NCBI RefSeq assembly: GCF_006345805.1
Contig: NC_042997.1
Span: forward strand, 1,116,001-1,180,000
Source of the DNA: Octopus sinensis
Lineage: Eukaryota
Direction: 5' to 3'
DNA length: 64,000 nucleotides
Part shown: positions 24,500 through 38,638 of the stretch, one piece after another
Layout of the letters: each line of letters opens with the position of its first letter
How positions within the stretch are numbered: the stretch's first letter is position 1
Position numbers and translations under genes: made by a program
Notes under the pieces: model-generated
Databases searched by the model: none
What the model saw: the letters and a program-made list of their open reading frames with translations, nothing else
What the model was told of the DNA's origin: nothing

Positions 24500-26260
24500 C
24501 TACATAGACTTGACTTGAACCATCAAGTACTGCTGTTAAGTTCTGATCTTTGTGGATCTTAAAATGTTTTTTGAGGCCTCCGTTAGATTTGTAGACCTTA
24601 TGACATACATGTCATTGAAAGGTGTAGACATATATATATAGGCATAATTATCGGTAGAGGTTCGTTTTTATGGAACTGCAACAGAGATGTGAGCCCAGCA
24701 AAAGTGAGGCATGGTCTGTTACAAACAGCACAAAAAAGGTCGACCGCAACAATCTCATTTAAATCTCTCTTGGGACTTGCATGTGTCACTCTGGCCTCCT
24801 CAAATGCTTTTACTTCACACAATTTTGTTCACTATCCAGCTCGATCCGAAGGAAAGTTTTCTATCGCCTTTGGATTTATTCCAAGTGACTTCATGGTAGT
24901 CCTTATGTCATCCTTAAACCTCTTTTTATGTTTAAACTCCCTTTAGGTATACGACAAAATCATCACAAGCTGAGTCAAATGTAGATACAAGAGATTGCAG
25001 GCCCATTTCAGAGTGACTGACTAGATCGCAAGCGTCAGCGTATAAGGGTTAGGTAATGAGTGAAGTAAAGACATCTGTTTGGGATTTCAGTCTGGTCCGA
25101 TTACCAACACAACCTGTTGTTGGATATTTTATATAAATGCTCAACTCGGAGATTTGAAAAGCGTGTGACAGCACAACAGGAGAGTATATTCTTTTCTACT
25201 CTATGTACAAGGCCGGAAATTTTGGGAAAGGTTGCCAGTCGATTACATCGACCCCAATACACGACTGGTACTTAATTTATCGACCCCGAAAAGATGAAAA
25301 GCAATGTCGACCTTGGCGGAATTTGAACTCAGAACGTAAAGAGAGACGAAATACCACTGAACATTACGTCCGCCGTGATACTGTTTCTACCAGCTCGCCG
25401 CCTTAACAGTATATTGCAAAGAGGATGGGTGCATCAAGGCCTCCTTGCTGTGCTCCATGTTCCGTGGCAATAGATTCAGAAAGTTTGCCACCACAATTAA
25501 CTTTAGCCGTTATATCTTCAAGCAAAGCCTTCATCATGTTTAGAAAATTTTCTGGGCAACCAACTTTCCTTAAAATTAGCCACAGAGCATTACAGTGTTG
25601 GTGACAACCAGATTATTTTAAGTACACAACGCCAAATTACCTACTCCATTTTTATTACATTTTGCAATTCCATGTCGGCCTAAAACAGACCATGAAATCT
25701 GGTCATTTCCAACTCTTGCGTTGAAATCTCTTAATATGACCAGCTTATCAGAAATTGCTACCTTCCTCAATAATTCTACTAGATCATCATAAAAGTGTCC
25801 TACAGTTTCATCAGAAATACTGACAACTGTAAGAAACCTACCGTTTGTCAGTTTAATACAGCATAACATGGTTCGTTCAAATATACCACACGGAAATTCT
25901 ACAATGGAGGATACTAATGAATTCTTGAGAGCAAACCCAACACCAGATCCTTTACGCTGACCCTCAGGTAGAGCACTCCAGAAGATAGTATATCCATATG
26001 TAGGTTCATTTATTTGACTCTCATCAGTGCGATAAATTTCAGAGTGCGCAACTATATGAAGGGAAATCTTTTCAAGCTCACATGCAATAGTGCAGTACGC
26101 CATTCTGGCCACTTGTTGAAATTATCATCTAGAAGTGTACGCACATTCCAACAGCCAAAATTCAAAGGATGTTTTCTTTTTTCACTTTTTCGTGAAGATT
26201 GTTTGACCGCAGTGGCATGATGACAACCAGGCCCAGCCTGTGACACACTGAGACACCTGC
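24500..26260 (-). mobile_element. Internally deleted RTE-clade LINE (APE, RT piece, C-terminal C2H2 fingers)
   Basis: GCWNVRTL, GYTIFWS..GVGFAL, DKLVILRDFNARVG; KVGCPENF..QGGLDAPILF; HKKRFKDDI; CAVCNRPC..LQFH. Interrupted by a SINE at 25205. Confidence 0.85.
25205..25402 (-). mobile_element. SINE family A (alternative tail)
   Basis: Head ggcggcgagctggtagaaac plus the shared core. Confidence 0.8.
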
Positions 26261-26293
26261 CAAACATACATAGATACACACACACACACACAC

Positions 26294-26349
<56 letters not shown>

Positions 26350-27030
26350 ATTATCCTTGAGTCTTTCCATTTGTACGTGAAGGTCACAGTACAATTCAAC
26401 GGAAATATCTGAGAAACCTTTGATGTCCGACGTGGTTTAAAACATGGATGCGTGCTTGCTCCTACCCTCTTTAACATCTACTTCGCTGTCGTGCTGAAGT
26501 ATGCATTTGGTACGCAAGACGAAGGCATTTGCCTCCACACTAAGTCGGACGGTAAACAATGGCCTCACACTCGACCAGGAGCTGAATAGGAGAATCGGGT
26601 GGGCAGCTTTAAACTTGGCCGAACTAGCTCAAAAATTGTGATTAAACGGCAAGCTGACAAGGTCCACCAAATTCACAGTCTATAAACTATGTGTGAGCAT
26701 CACCTTGCTACATGGAGGTGAGACCTGGTGACTTTACGCCAGACAAGAGCGCCGCCTAAATACTTTCCATCTGCGCAACCTTTTGATTATACTGAGGGTC
26801 AAGTGGAACGATCATTTAACTAACAACGAGAAACTTACACGTTCTCAGGTATTAACTACTTTCACACTATTTCGGCAACGCCGTCTCCGCTGGCTGGGAC
26901 ACGCACACCGGATGCCTGAAGGGAGGTTACCGAAAGATATACTGTAAAGGGAGCTACTCTCTGGTAGACGTGCTCGCGGACGACCGCATTTATGTTTCAA
27001 GGATGTGTGCAAACGTGACATGAAGGCTAT
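26350..27030 (+). mobile_element. RTE (BovB-like) LINE RT fragment
   Basis: GLKHGCVLAPTLFNIYF, LHGGETW, RRLRWLGHAHRM..GRLPK, FKDVCKRDMK; several stops. Confidence 0.85.
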
Positions 27031-27129
27031 GAGGCATCTATGCATTATCTCGACTTAATGCATACTGTCTCTTGTATGTTAATATATACACATGTATGTG
27101 AGTGTATGTATATGTATATATGTGTGAAT

Positions 27130-27166
27130 GTGTGAATATATATATGTATATATAACTACCTCTCTC

Positions 27167-27207
<41 letters not shown>

Positions 27208-27208
27208 G

Positions 27209-27261
<53 letters not shown>

Positions 27262-27560
27262 GTATGTATGTCTGTCTGTCTGTCGCTCTCTCTCCTTCTC
27301 TATCTATCTATTTGTCTGCCTACCTGTCTGTCTGTCTGTCTGTCTATGTATGTATGTATGTATCTATCTATCTATCTATCTGCCTGTCTCTCTATATATG
27401 TATGGTTATATACACATACACACACAAACGCACCCACTCCCATACACATAGAGACACACAAAAATACACACGCACGCACAAACACACACAAACACACACA
27501 CACACACTCACACACGCGCACACACACGCACACACACGCACACACACATATCACAGAACG
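27130..27560. repeat. Compound microsatellite (CTAT)n/(CTGT)n/(CA)n
   Basis: Seen directly in the sequence. Confidence 0.95.
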
Positions 27561-28484
27561 GAATAAGCCAGGAAACTTAGATTATCATGCTACTGAAACA
27601 TCATAAATGGCGTAATCTTTATACATGTTTCTCTAGAGAATACCAGTATGTTATACAATAATCATTAAGTAGACTATTGCGTAATTAACTTGAAACTTCA
27701 GAGATCTTCAAAACAAAATGTCATGATAACGATAGGAAATGTAGAAGTTATTAGATAAATACGGCTGGACCGTTTGAGTATTCATTTGTACACGTGCACA
27801 AAGGTGCAATCCTATATACATAACATTTCGCATAGATTTACAAGCATGCATACTGAGATATATATACACACACACAAATACACACACACACACACATATA
27901 TATATAAATATATATATATATATATTCATACACACACATTCACACACGCAGGCGCACACAGACACATACAGATACAAAATCACACACACACATGTATAAT
28001 ATTTATAAGGGAGGGTCATATCACCAGAGAGATTATTCACTAATTGAATTCAGGCTTCATCAATGACATGCTTTTCTTGTTTCTAATCTGTTATGATGTG
28101 TTCGATCTTAACAAATACAAACGTCATATGCACAAATAAATATATAAATATGTGTGTATTTTCATTGTTTATGAAAATCTCAAAAAATAATTAAATAGTT
28201 ACCAGGGGAGCAAAAGTTCCAAATGATTTGAAAAACACCTGCGTTTAACTCCATTCGTAATATATATATATATACATACATAAGAATTGTTTTGCGTAAT
28301 AAGATAAAAGAAACAAGCTTTTTTTATTTTAATATGCAAAAACATCTTATATACACACGCTGATATAAAACCAACGATGACCCATTTATTCGCAATATTA
28401 CTGAATCTGGAACTTAACTATGGTCTGTCTATAGCACTTATTTAGCATTACCTGACACCTTTGGGTTTCAATGATACCTTTATC

Positions 28485-28534
<50 letters not shown>

Positions 28535-29770
28535 ATATATATATGTGTAATATATGTACACATATATATATATAATATATGTATATACATTTATAATAGA
28601 TATACATACATATATTTGTGTGTATGTATATATATTTGTATGCATACAAACACATATATACATACATTCATACATACAGTGTTATAAACTCATCAATAGT
28701 CATGTACATATAATATAGTATCCAAGATGTCAGAGCAGAGTTGTATTTAGTGACAGGCAACTCACCACTGCAGTAGAGAAATTCAGTAGTCATCGAGTGT
28801 TTCCATATTCTTCGTGTTGTAATGTATTAGTGAACAAATTAAAAATATATATATATAACCTTATTTTTAGAATATTTATATTTAGGTTTCATTGTTGAAC
28901 ACAGTGACACAAAATGGAAGAGGAGAACATCTCGCTGTGGACAAACAGGGTTTATATAAATTGCAGGTTTGCTTGGAGCCTCTATTCTAAGTTGGCATTT
29001 CCGTATGAAGGGTGATCATCAACAAGGCTAATCTTTGTTGCTTTAATGCAGGTTTTTCTGTTGTAAGCAATTACTCAGTTTCGCATTTTCCCACCGAGGC
29101 ATTTTCAGCAACAAAACTCAATGTGAATACAGAAATACCTTCTCAGGGATGAGCCACGTGATGTTACGGAAGTATTTTCTTTAGATCTGAACTTTCCAGA
29201 TGCAACGGGGTAGAGGTCAAGAGTTTCAAAAGAATGCACTAACATTTCTAACATTTCTCGTGAAATTATTATCTGTTATTATGGTGGATGTAACTGCATG
29301 GCGTGAAGGTGGTTTCATAGACCACTGATCATGTAAACGATACTCGCCATTAACAATCAGTGACATATTAAGTGTTATAAATTGGAAGATTTAGAAAGTG
29401 AGAATGTGGATGTGGTTTCTCTTTTAGCGTACAATGTAGCTAGCGATATTATCTAAGCAGGATTAACATAGTGTTCATGAATCCTATTGGAACTTCGGAA
29501 GTACGGTATAATTAGTGTAATGTAGCTTCTAACTGTTTTAGTGGAAATATCTAGATTCAATTCAACCGCTCTTCTCACAATCATCGTATTTGTTGTTGAA
29601 TTGCGGGCGTCATACATATAGATTAACTTGCTAGTAAATCCATTCCTTCTTTACGCCCCTTCATAAAGTATCTTGATCTTGTTGAATATTTTTTTTTCGA
29701 CAATAAGCTATGTATATCTGCATACGCATTCACATGCACTCACACACATTTATAAACACACACACACACA

Positions 29771-29801
<31 letters not shown>

Positions 29802-29804
29802 CAC

Positions 29805-29860
<56 letters not shown>

Positions 29861-31113
29861 CCACATATGTTCTCACGCACACATATACGCACATATAGTC
29901 ACCGACGAATTTCAATTACTCCAGTTTAAGATATTTTCTATCTTCCCCCAAATATGCATGTTTCTCAGCCAGCTTTATCTCTCCTCCAATCATCAGAAAC
30001 CCCATAAGCACTTATTTTACTTTATTAGAGGAATGTACGTTCTTCGTTCTTCACGATTTTACATGCTAATAATGATAAAGATCTCTTCATATATCTAAAC
30101 TTAATCCCATCACATGACATGCCATCTCTGATTCCTAAGCATTTCATATTATTTTATTTCAACCCATTCACACATCGTTGACTGTTATCCTGACACGTTA
30201 TATACAGTTGATAAAATTACTCTTCTGAGCTCCATAAGCAACAATTACTTGCTTGTAACTGCCTGTTCTCAACTACGCCATTTGACCCCTGCCTCAGAGC
30301 TATGTACATCCCGGTTTCCAAATCGCTCAACTCCACCTCTTTAGGAATCCTATGTTTGTTGACTTGAGCTGACAGTTCAGATCTCTCTAGTTATATACTA
30401 CTAAACACTTTGAATCGTTGGCTAGACGTCTGATTGAAACTGTCTTGTTTGTAGCACATGGCAGCCTACCATTACACACAACCCCATATCATAGTCAAAT
30501 GTCACTGAAGTATTTCACATATCTGCAGTTCAGTAAAGTATGCAAAACTTGGACTGCAACTCTTAGAGAAAAATACGCAGTCCTTTTATATAGTACAACA
30601 TTTACTACAAGGCCATCATCTAAAGCTCAGATTATGCCACCATTCTTTGCGGAATCGGCACGTTCTTACATTCATGACAGCCCAGTCGATTCTTTTACTC
30701 CTTATCCAAAAAATATTTCTGTTAAACTTTGGAAGTCCTACGTCCCTCCACTTCACAAATGAGATTTCTGTCAGCATTACTTCATACAGAAAAAAAACTG
30801 TCTTACATATTTGCATCAAGATGAGGAAGTACACGAAATATATGAATCTGCTTATAAAATCATATCTTTTGCTTCCTCTGAACTCAACAAAACGTACACG
30901 CATATGCGGAGGGATATTTGGTTGTTTCGCACATAATTGTGGCACTGCTCACAATGTTTGCTTAGAATAATACCTATTCTCACTAATATTTTACCTATTT
31001 CATTTAAAAAGATATATATCGATTGTTTTAAAAGTGTAATACATTCCCAAGCTATATTTTTTATATAGTTCACTTCCAACAATTTAGGGATGGTGAAACT
31101 TCCCAAATTACGA

Positions 31114-31204
31114 ATCTAATGGAAAGTGTTTTTGCTATCTATTATGGTTCCACTACCATCTAATGGAAAGTGTTTTTGCTATCTATTATGGTTCCACTAC
31201 CATC
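31114..31204 (+). repeat. Perfect 44-bp tandem duplication
   Basis: atctaatggaaagtgtttttgctatctattatggttccactacc x2. Confidence 0.95.
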
Positions 31205-31358
31205 GAGAAATTCTAAAAAAAAGAGTATTGTTTTACTCAACATCATAATTGCATTTGCTCGAGTCTGGTATACCCAGAGAAGTGGCACAAGCCTGCTATA
31301 TCAAAATTATATACAGGAAGATTTCCGCCTCCCTACAGAAACCATTCATGTTAATAAA

Positions 31359-31588
31359 GGCGGCGAGCTGGCAGAAACGTTAGCACGTCGGCGAAATGCG
31401 TAGCCGTATTTCGTCCGCCGTTATGTTCTGAGTTCAAATTCCGCCGAGGTCGACTTTGCCTTCCATCCTTTCGAGGTCGATTAAATAAGTACTAGTTACG
31501 CACTGGGGTCGATATAATCGACTTAATCCATTTGTCTGTCCTTGTTTGTCTTTTCTGTGTTTAGCCCCTTGTGGGTAGAAAAGAAAAA
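31359..31588 (+). mobile_element. SINE family A with perfect 19-bp TSD
   Basis: TSD agaaaccattcatgttaat at 31337-31355 and 31589-31607. Confidence 0.9.
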
Positions 31589-32147
31589 AGAAACCATTCA
31601 TGTTAATGTTGGTAGAAAGCTTCAGAGTAATAATAATATGGATAACCACTGAAAATTATATAGGACTAACAAGCATACAATGAATCTTTAAGGTTAAGAG
31701 TATGGCTACGTAATTCAGTGGCGGAATTTACGACCAAAATATTTCCTCTCCGCACAGCAAATAAAGGCAGAAGGAAAAGTGATGCCTGTCATGCACATAT
31801 TTATTACTGTCGTGAATTCAGTATGGAAATGACGTTGAGAATGTGTCTGTGCTATTCGTATATGAAAAAGCTATTTATTACAAGCAGAGTTTAGCTGGGA
31901 GATGTGAGGATTTGACCGACATCCTATGTTATGTAATTCGCAAGGATATTCGTTAATATGAAGTATTTTTATTCAACATATACTCTTCCATAATTTGAGA
32001 CAATTCCATTGGAAAATATCTGTGAAAAAACTTAAACGACGAGAAAAAATATTGTAGTGAGACTATATTTATGCGTGGTAATTGACACCATATGTTCAGC
32101 TGCGCGCAAACTTATCAGTATGTATGTGTGTGCGTGTGTACATATGT

Positions 32148-32454
32148 GGAGGCGTAATGGCCTAGTGGTTAGGGCAGCGGACTCGCGGTCGCAGGATCGC
32201 GGTTTCGATTCCCAGACCGGGCGTTGTGAGTGTTTATTGAGCGAAAACACCTAAAAGCTCCACGAGGCTCCGGCAGGGGGTGGTGATCCCTGCTGTAATC
32301 TTTCACCACTCTTTCTCCCACTCTTTCTTCTGTTGGCCTGCTCGCTTAGCCAGCGGGTGGCGTCATTCGAAGGCTAAAAAAAACAATGCGAACGCATTGT
32401 GACCAGCGATGTGTAACAACATATGATGGTCTGGTCGGTCACGTGATCACGTGA
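32148..32454 (+). mobile_element. SINE family B, complete (tRNA-derived head)
   Basis: A box tggcctagtgg, B box ggtttcgattcc; tail ends cacgtgatcacgtga. Confidence 0.9.
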
Positions 32455-33768
32455 TGTATACATATATATAAAAGGAGACAGTGATTGATACACGCAATTA
32501 CAAATATAAATACATACACACAGATATTTATTTATGCATGCATACACACACACATAGACATGTATACACACACACGCAAGCACACATATATATACGTAAG
32601 ATCTCCATTGATAACCACCCATTATGTGGGTGTATTTTGAAGTTCTAACTGTTTCTATTTCTTCGAGTGTTTTTATCTCATATGTAATACATGTGTCTTT
32701 GCCTGATGCCTTTCGATGCTGAATTTATCGACACGATTCTATGTATGACACAATGTCATAATATTCATGACATTTAAACGAGCTGCCAAGAATCTGTTCG
32801 GCTATTTCACATAATCTGATCATAGTGTAGAAGTTAACTCCCTTTTTCCTAGATAAAACAGGTGTATGTCTTTCTAAGCCTCGTATCAAGAATAAAACTA
32901 ATAAACAACATGTATACATTCATCGTGATTTACTTTCGAAAGCTAATTGTACAACAGAAGATTGGTGATATTTTCAATGACTTTGCTTGGAGTAAGAATA
33001 TGGTATATAACACGCCCGTTAGTGGGAGTATTTTCATAGTGGCTTTGTTTAACCGCAAATCATCCCGGAGTGAAGATGCCTATGAACAAAAGTAACCTAG
33101 TTATGATAATTTACTATATTAAAGTTGTATTATACTGAAGACAAAGTCAACTAATGTTGAGATTATATTTTATTTTTGCCATTTTTGTGACGTGCGTATA
33201 ACTGATCTCTTAGTGATTTAATGATAGACTCGAGGGGTAGGAGTTGTCCGAGTCAGGGCTCTGTTATTTTATATGGAACTGTATGTCAATGATACGCAGT
33301 AAGTTTCGAATCCTGTCATATAGCAATGCATACTCTCCCGAAATTCTTCTCCAAGCATATGTCCCGTCTGGATTATTTTAGTAGAAATTATTGCTGGTAG
33401 TAATTAGTTTATAACACCTTTTTATTATAGACATTTTAGATATGCTACATTGCACAGTTTACAATTTTTGTTTGAATTCAGAAAGGATAGCAAATAATCA
33501 TGTAAAAAGAAACATTGATTATATATTCAGTTGTTGTGATAGCAACAAATATCCGTTATACAATATTCAGAAAGAATAACTGAAAGTAAACAGAGAAATA
33601 CATAAGGACAAGCTCGAGGCATCCACACTGTTTCTTGCACGTTATCAATGCATGAAAGGTTGCTTCATGTTGTTCATCCTGGAATATTTTCTGTCAAAAT
33701 GCATCTACGTACACGTTGGGAAATACACGTACCTGAACATAAACTGCTTTCTCGCGCGCTACCTCAAT

Positions 33769-33769
<1 letters not shown>

Positions 33770-33846
<77 letters not shown>

Positions 33847-34017
33847 GTCTGTCTGTCTATCTGTCTGTCTGTCTATCTGTCTGTCTGTCTATCAATCTGT
33901 CTGCCTGTCTTTCTTCCTCTCTCTCTCTCTCCTCTCACTCACTGTGTATATGTATTCATCCAAGTAAGACATCTATTTTTTAATCTTTATTTCTCTCATA
34001 TTATAGTTATATATATA

Positions 34018-34079
<62 letters not shown>

Positions 34080-34153
34080 TATATATATGTGTTACATATA
34101 TATATGTGTTACATATGCGTTATATGCAACCTTGGGTCTTCTGGATACCAACA

Positions 34154-34192
<39 letters not shown>

Positions 34193-34200
34193 CATACATA
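33770..34200. repeat. Compound microsatellite (CTAT)n/(CTGT)n/(TA)n
   Basis: Seen directly in the sequence. Confidence 0.95.
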
Positions 34201-36029
34201 TGCCAGTAACGTGTATTGAAGAGAAATATTATGTCTCCTCTGCGTTTTTAAATACGTGATGACAGGTCTTTCTTGAAATCTGTAAATTCATTTCAACTCC
34301 AGGAATTATAGTTTGTGTCATATTTCCATTACTACCACTGGTTTACTATTATTTTCTTTTATATTTAACCTTAACATTAAAAACCCATCCAAAAAACACT
34401 GTATGTGTTCCTGAGAAAATAAAAGCAATCTCATGTCAAGACACAATCATATTTTTCTGCATCTTATCCGTTTTTTGTTATTTTTAGTCTAAATCATATT
34501 GATTTGATACAAAAGCATTAACAACAACAATAACAACAGGAAGGAGTATACGATAACAATGACAGCAAATACATCAACAAAAGCAAAAAATGACTGCCTC
34601 AAATATATCTTCAGGAACAACAACAGTAAATAGTAATGAAAAGAATAAACATTAACCACAATAAAAGTAGCACAACACAATAACTCTGGTATCAAGGTCG
34701 TAGCAAAAACTGCAACACATCTCTTTAATTCTTAGAAAGAATATCGTAAAAATTACTTATAAATACCGGGTATTCAGTTGAGCAATAATAACCAATCAAT
34801 TCGAGTGCATACGCAGCTTTATATTGCTTTTTTTTCTTCGCTTTTACTCTCTGCCTACTTTTAGTACCTTAAGCATGGGTTGGTTTATTGTAGCAGGAAA
34901 TCAATACTTATTATAGAAACAGTTGGCAATTGTCTGTACCCAGTTATAAAGCGGTTGAAAATACGTTTCAATACAATGACTAAAAATAATAAACTTAAGA
35001 ATTTGTAGTTTAAATCGATAACAGAATATATACTTGCAAGACAGTCAAACGCCTTGTACATTAATGTATAATAAGAACAGGAAAAGTATGGGTTTCTATT
35101 TAACAAATCAAGTTTAAATTTGCATTTCCTGTAAGGTGTTTAAATATAGATTTGAATAGCCATTCTATCAATGGATTTATCTGATTCAAAATAATTGGTA
35201 GGGTATTAATAGTTATTAACTTGTATTTCTGTGGAAATTCTTTCACTTTTCATCGTAAACCTAGAAGTAAAAACATACACTGTATCATTCTCTTCTCAAT
35301 GCTTTTATAATTAACGGGATTTAATTGCTAATTATCTTCTCGATATTTATCATTACCTGAATATTTAGAGCTAAATTGCAGACAATCCATTCTCACAATT
35401 TCGAAGGAATATTCTTTCAGACATTGTAAAACGTGATATAAAGTATCAAAAGATGCTGCTTCGTAACTTCGCTGGTATTCTGGGTTGCTTTGGTCGCATT
35501 TGATATCAGATGCCAATGTCATAAAAAGAACTACACATCATACAGAATATTTTATTCAATTGGAAAGTCTTAGGGACGTGTTACACGGAAACTTGTGGCA
35601 GTGGCAGGGAGTTAATAATAAAATGTTATATTCCCGTACAATACTTCGCTGATACTGTCCGTATTTCTTTTCGAATGCATTAATCAATACCTATGAGAAG
35701 CTATCAGTTATTGCTCTGGTACAACAATTACTTATTATAAATAAGGGCTTGTATCCCCCCACAACACCTACACACAGAAACACACACACACAAACACTAA
35801 GCGCTTATGAAATGCTGAAGTGCTTTTCCTTACGATAAATTCTTGATTATGTAGGCGTATTAGTTGGGAAGGCAAGGTTAGTGGCTGCAGGCGGAGAGAA
35901 GAGAATGCCTGTTGTTGGGGAATGGAACTACAGTGCAATTCGAAGAGGGGAGCTGAGGGAGTCCTTGCGACAGATTGCAAACTGAAGACATGCCTAAAGA
36001 AACAGTGATTAAGGCTTATGAATTATTGT

Positions 36030-36995
36030 TATATGGCTGGAAGAGTACCAGAGGACTGTGCAGTGCATATATAGCGTCACTGTACAAGGGGAAAGGGGAT
36101 AAATGTGAGTGTGGAAATTTTAGGGAAAGAAGTCTGTTGTGTGTGGTTGGTAAGATGTATGGGGGAATTCTGATTGTTAGGATGAGAAACCAGACAGAGA
36201 GAGAACTAGGGGAGGAGCAGTGTGGCTTTAGGAGTCGTATGGTGTGTGCTGATCAAATATTTGTTGTAAGACAGATGTGTGAGAAGTTCTTAGAAAAAAG
36301 GATGGAGGTGTAGCGGACCTTTGTATGACTAGAGAAGGTATATGACCGAGTGGATATGGATGCAATGTGACAGGTGTTGCGGGTGTATGGAGTAGATGAT
36401 AGATTTTTGAGATCTGTTTAGAATTTTTATAGAGAAAGTAGGACGTGCTTAAATTTGGGTTGTGAAGTGAGTGGTTTGATGTGAAGGTGGGGTTAAAACA
36501 GGGTTATGTGATGTCTCCGTGGCTGTTTATATATGGATGGTGTGGTGAGAGAGGTAAATGATAGAACCCTTGGTAGAGGAGCGCAAATGTTGGAAGAAAA
36601 CGGAGAGAGATGGCAGGTGAGTCAGTTGTTGTTTGCTGATGATACAGCACTGGTGGCGGATTCGGAATAGCCACTAGGGAGCCTGGTTGTAGGGTTTGGA
36701 AAAGTGTATGAGAGGAAGAAAGTAAAGAGAATGTAGCTAAGAGTAAGGTGACGAAATATTCGAGAGATGTAATGGCTGGATGTGAATATAAATGGTGAGA
36801 TTTTAGAGGAGGTGAGTGTTTGTAAGTATATCGGGTCACATGTGACGGAGGATTGGGGTGGCTGAGGACATGGGATACAGAGTGAGGAAGGGGAGAAAGA
36901 TACTTGGTGTTGTGAAAGGTATGCTGAAAGATAAAAGGTTGAGTACGAAATCGAAAAGATGTATATATGAGAGCCTGATTGTGCCGACAGTATTC
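36030..36995 (+). mobile_element. RTE-clade LINE RT fragment, decayed
   Basis: LYKGKGDKCECGNFR, EEQCGFR, LEKVYDRVD, GLKQGYVMSPWLF, LLFADDTAL, KYIG; multiple stops. Confidence 0.88.
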
Positions 36996-38386
36996 AGGAA
37001 AGAAAAAAAGCTCGTTCCATGAGTATAATATTATCCCCAGGCACAATTCTGTTGCTTCATCTACCTGATTTTCCAAATTTATTACATGTATCTTTGCTAT
37101 TCTGAGCTGGTTGAGCTCATGGCATAAATCATTTCCTTTCTACTATCTGCTCCTTCCCTGAAAATAATTATCAGACATGATACTAGGAAAGAAACGTCTT
37201 TGGTCCAACACTTAAGATGAAACACAAATTTGTACACCTCGTGATTCGCTTTCAAAAATTCGGTAATCGAAAGTTCTCTCACTGCTCATATTTCTTCCGC
37301 AGGTGTCGATTAGCGCACGTTCAAGTTTGGTGTTAGAACTAACATCCCCAAAGGCTTATACTCAACCGAGATGTGCTGCAGTATCTAAAACGAAACAGAA
37401 GAACAAATCTGAAACTCTTATTCAAGTAGATGCAATTAGATATAGATATATAGAGTGTAGAATGTTGTGCATATTTAAGCTGTGAAGAATAAATTACTTG
37501 ATATCCTTGAATGCTTTAGTGTTACGAAACTTTTTATTAAGCAAGCATGACCTAGCGTTTCTTGATCTTTTGAAAACCAGAGTGATTTTGTTGGCAACTT
37601 TTCACTGAGTAACCACAATCCAGTCTTGACGTTTTTACATTTCTTGCTTTGCAGGGAAATAGAGTTGCTTAAAATATATATTACACAGGCACAAATGCAT
37701 ACGTACGCAGAGACACATAAAGAAGGATGTTCAAATATATGCTTGATTATATAAAAGCAAAAGCAAACCCATTCCATTTTCTGCGTGTATACTACATAAC
37801 GCATATAATTTAAGAAGTTATATTTATAAAAGCAAATTTCTCATCATGGAGAAATGTGTGTGTATATACATAAATATATATATATCTAGCCCACTGACAC
37901 ACACGCTCGTACACAGACGAAGACACACATATACGAGGTTGTATCAATAATCGGATTGTTTTCACTTCAGTTTTAACTACTGCGGGAACGAATCTGAGAT
38001 ATAATTGTTTCTGATGTAATGTAAAAGTTAGCTTCAAAACTGGAGTGCACAGTCATATAAATTATAGAATACAACATCAAGATATAGAGAAATAAGCAAA
38101 ATGTAAAGTAAAACTTTTTAGGATATATTAACGTATGAAGTAGAATACACTTGAGGAAAACAAGGAAAACAGCAACGGTTATTATTCTTTTACCGAATCC
38201 ATCAACAGATCTTTCAAGTCATTAACTATAGATACCAATGAGTGTTCTAAGCGCTGATTTTACATTAACCGTCTTTGCCACACTAAGTATAGAATGTTTA
38301 TTACGGTATAACTTCAAATACATGAATATGCACATACATATGATGCACCCCGACCATAATAAATATATATATATTATATATATATA

Positions 38387-38451
<65 letters not shown>

Positions 38452-38452
38452 C

Positions 38453-38512
<60 letters not shown>

Positions 38513-38638
38513 CACACACAAATACTCCCGCACACTCCCACAAACACGCGCATACATACCCCCACACAAATACATTCACGAACACGCGTGCATATATACC
38601 GACACACATGCTCGCGCAAACACGCAGACTCACATATA

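Noticed and set aside
30418-30970. Overlapping ~110-aa ORFs; one stop-ridden frame has IYYKAII*SSDYA
   Set aside because: Possibly an ancient L2/CR1-type remnant, but too decayed to call; no gene-like features.
32148-32220. tRNA-like sequence (also 14133-14197 and 49135-49205)
   Set aside because: A and B boxes are present, but there is no clean cloverleaf or acceptor stem, and each is tied to a SINE body.
36504-37076. 190-aa minus-strand ORF
   Set aside because: It is the antisense shadow of the RTE RT fragment.
37932-37960. tacgaggttgtatcaataat resembling a mariner left TIR
   Set aside because: No matching right TIR or transposase remnant could be linked to it.
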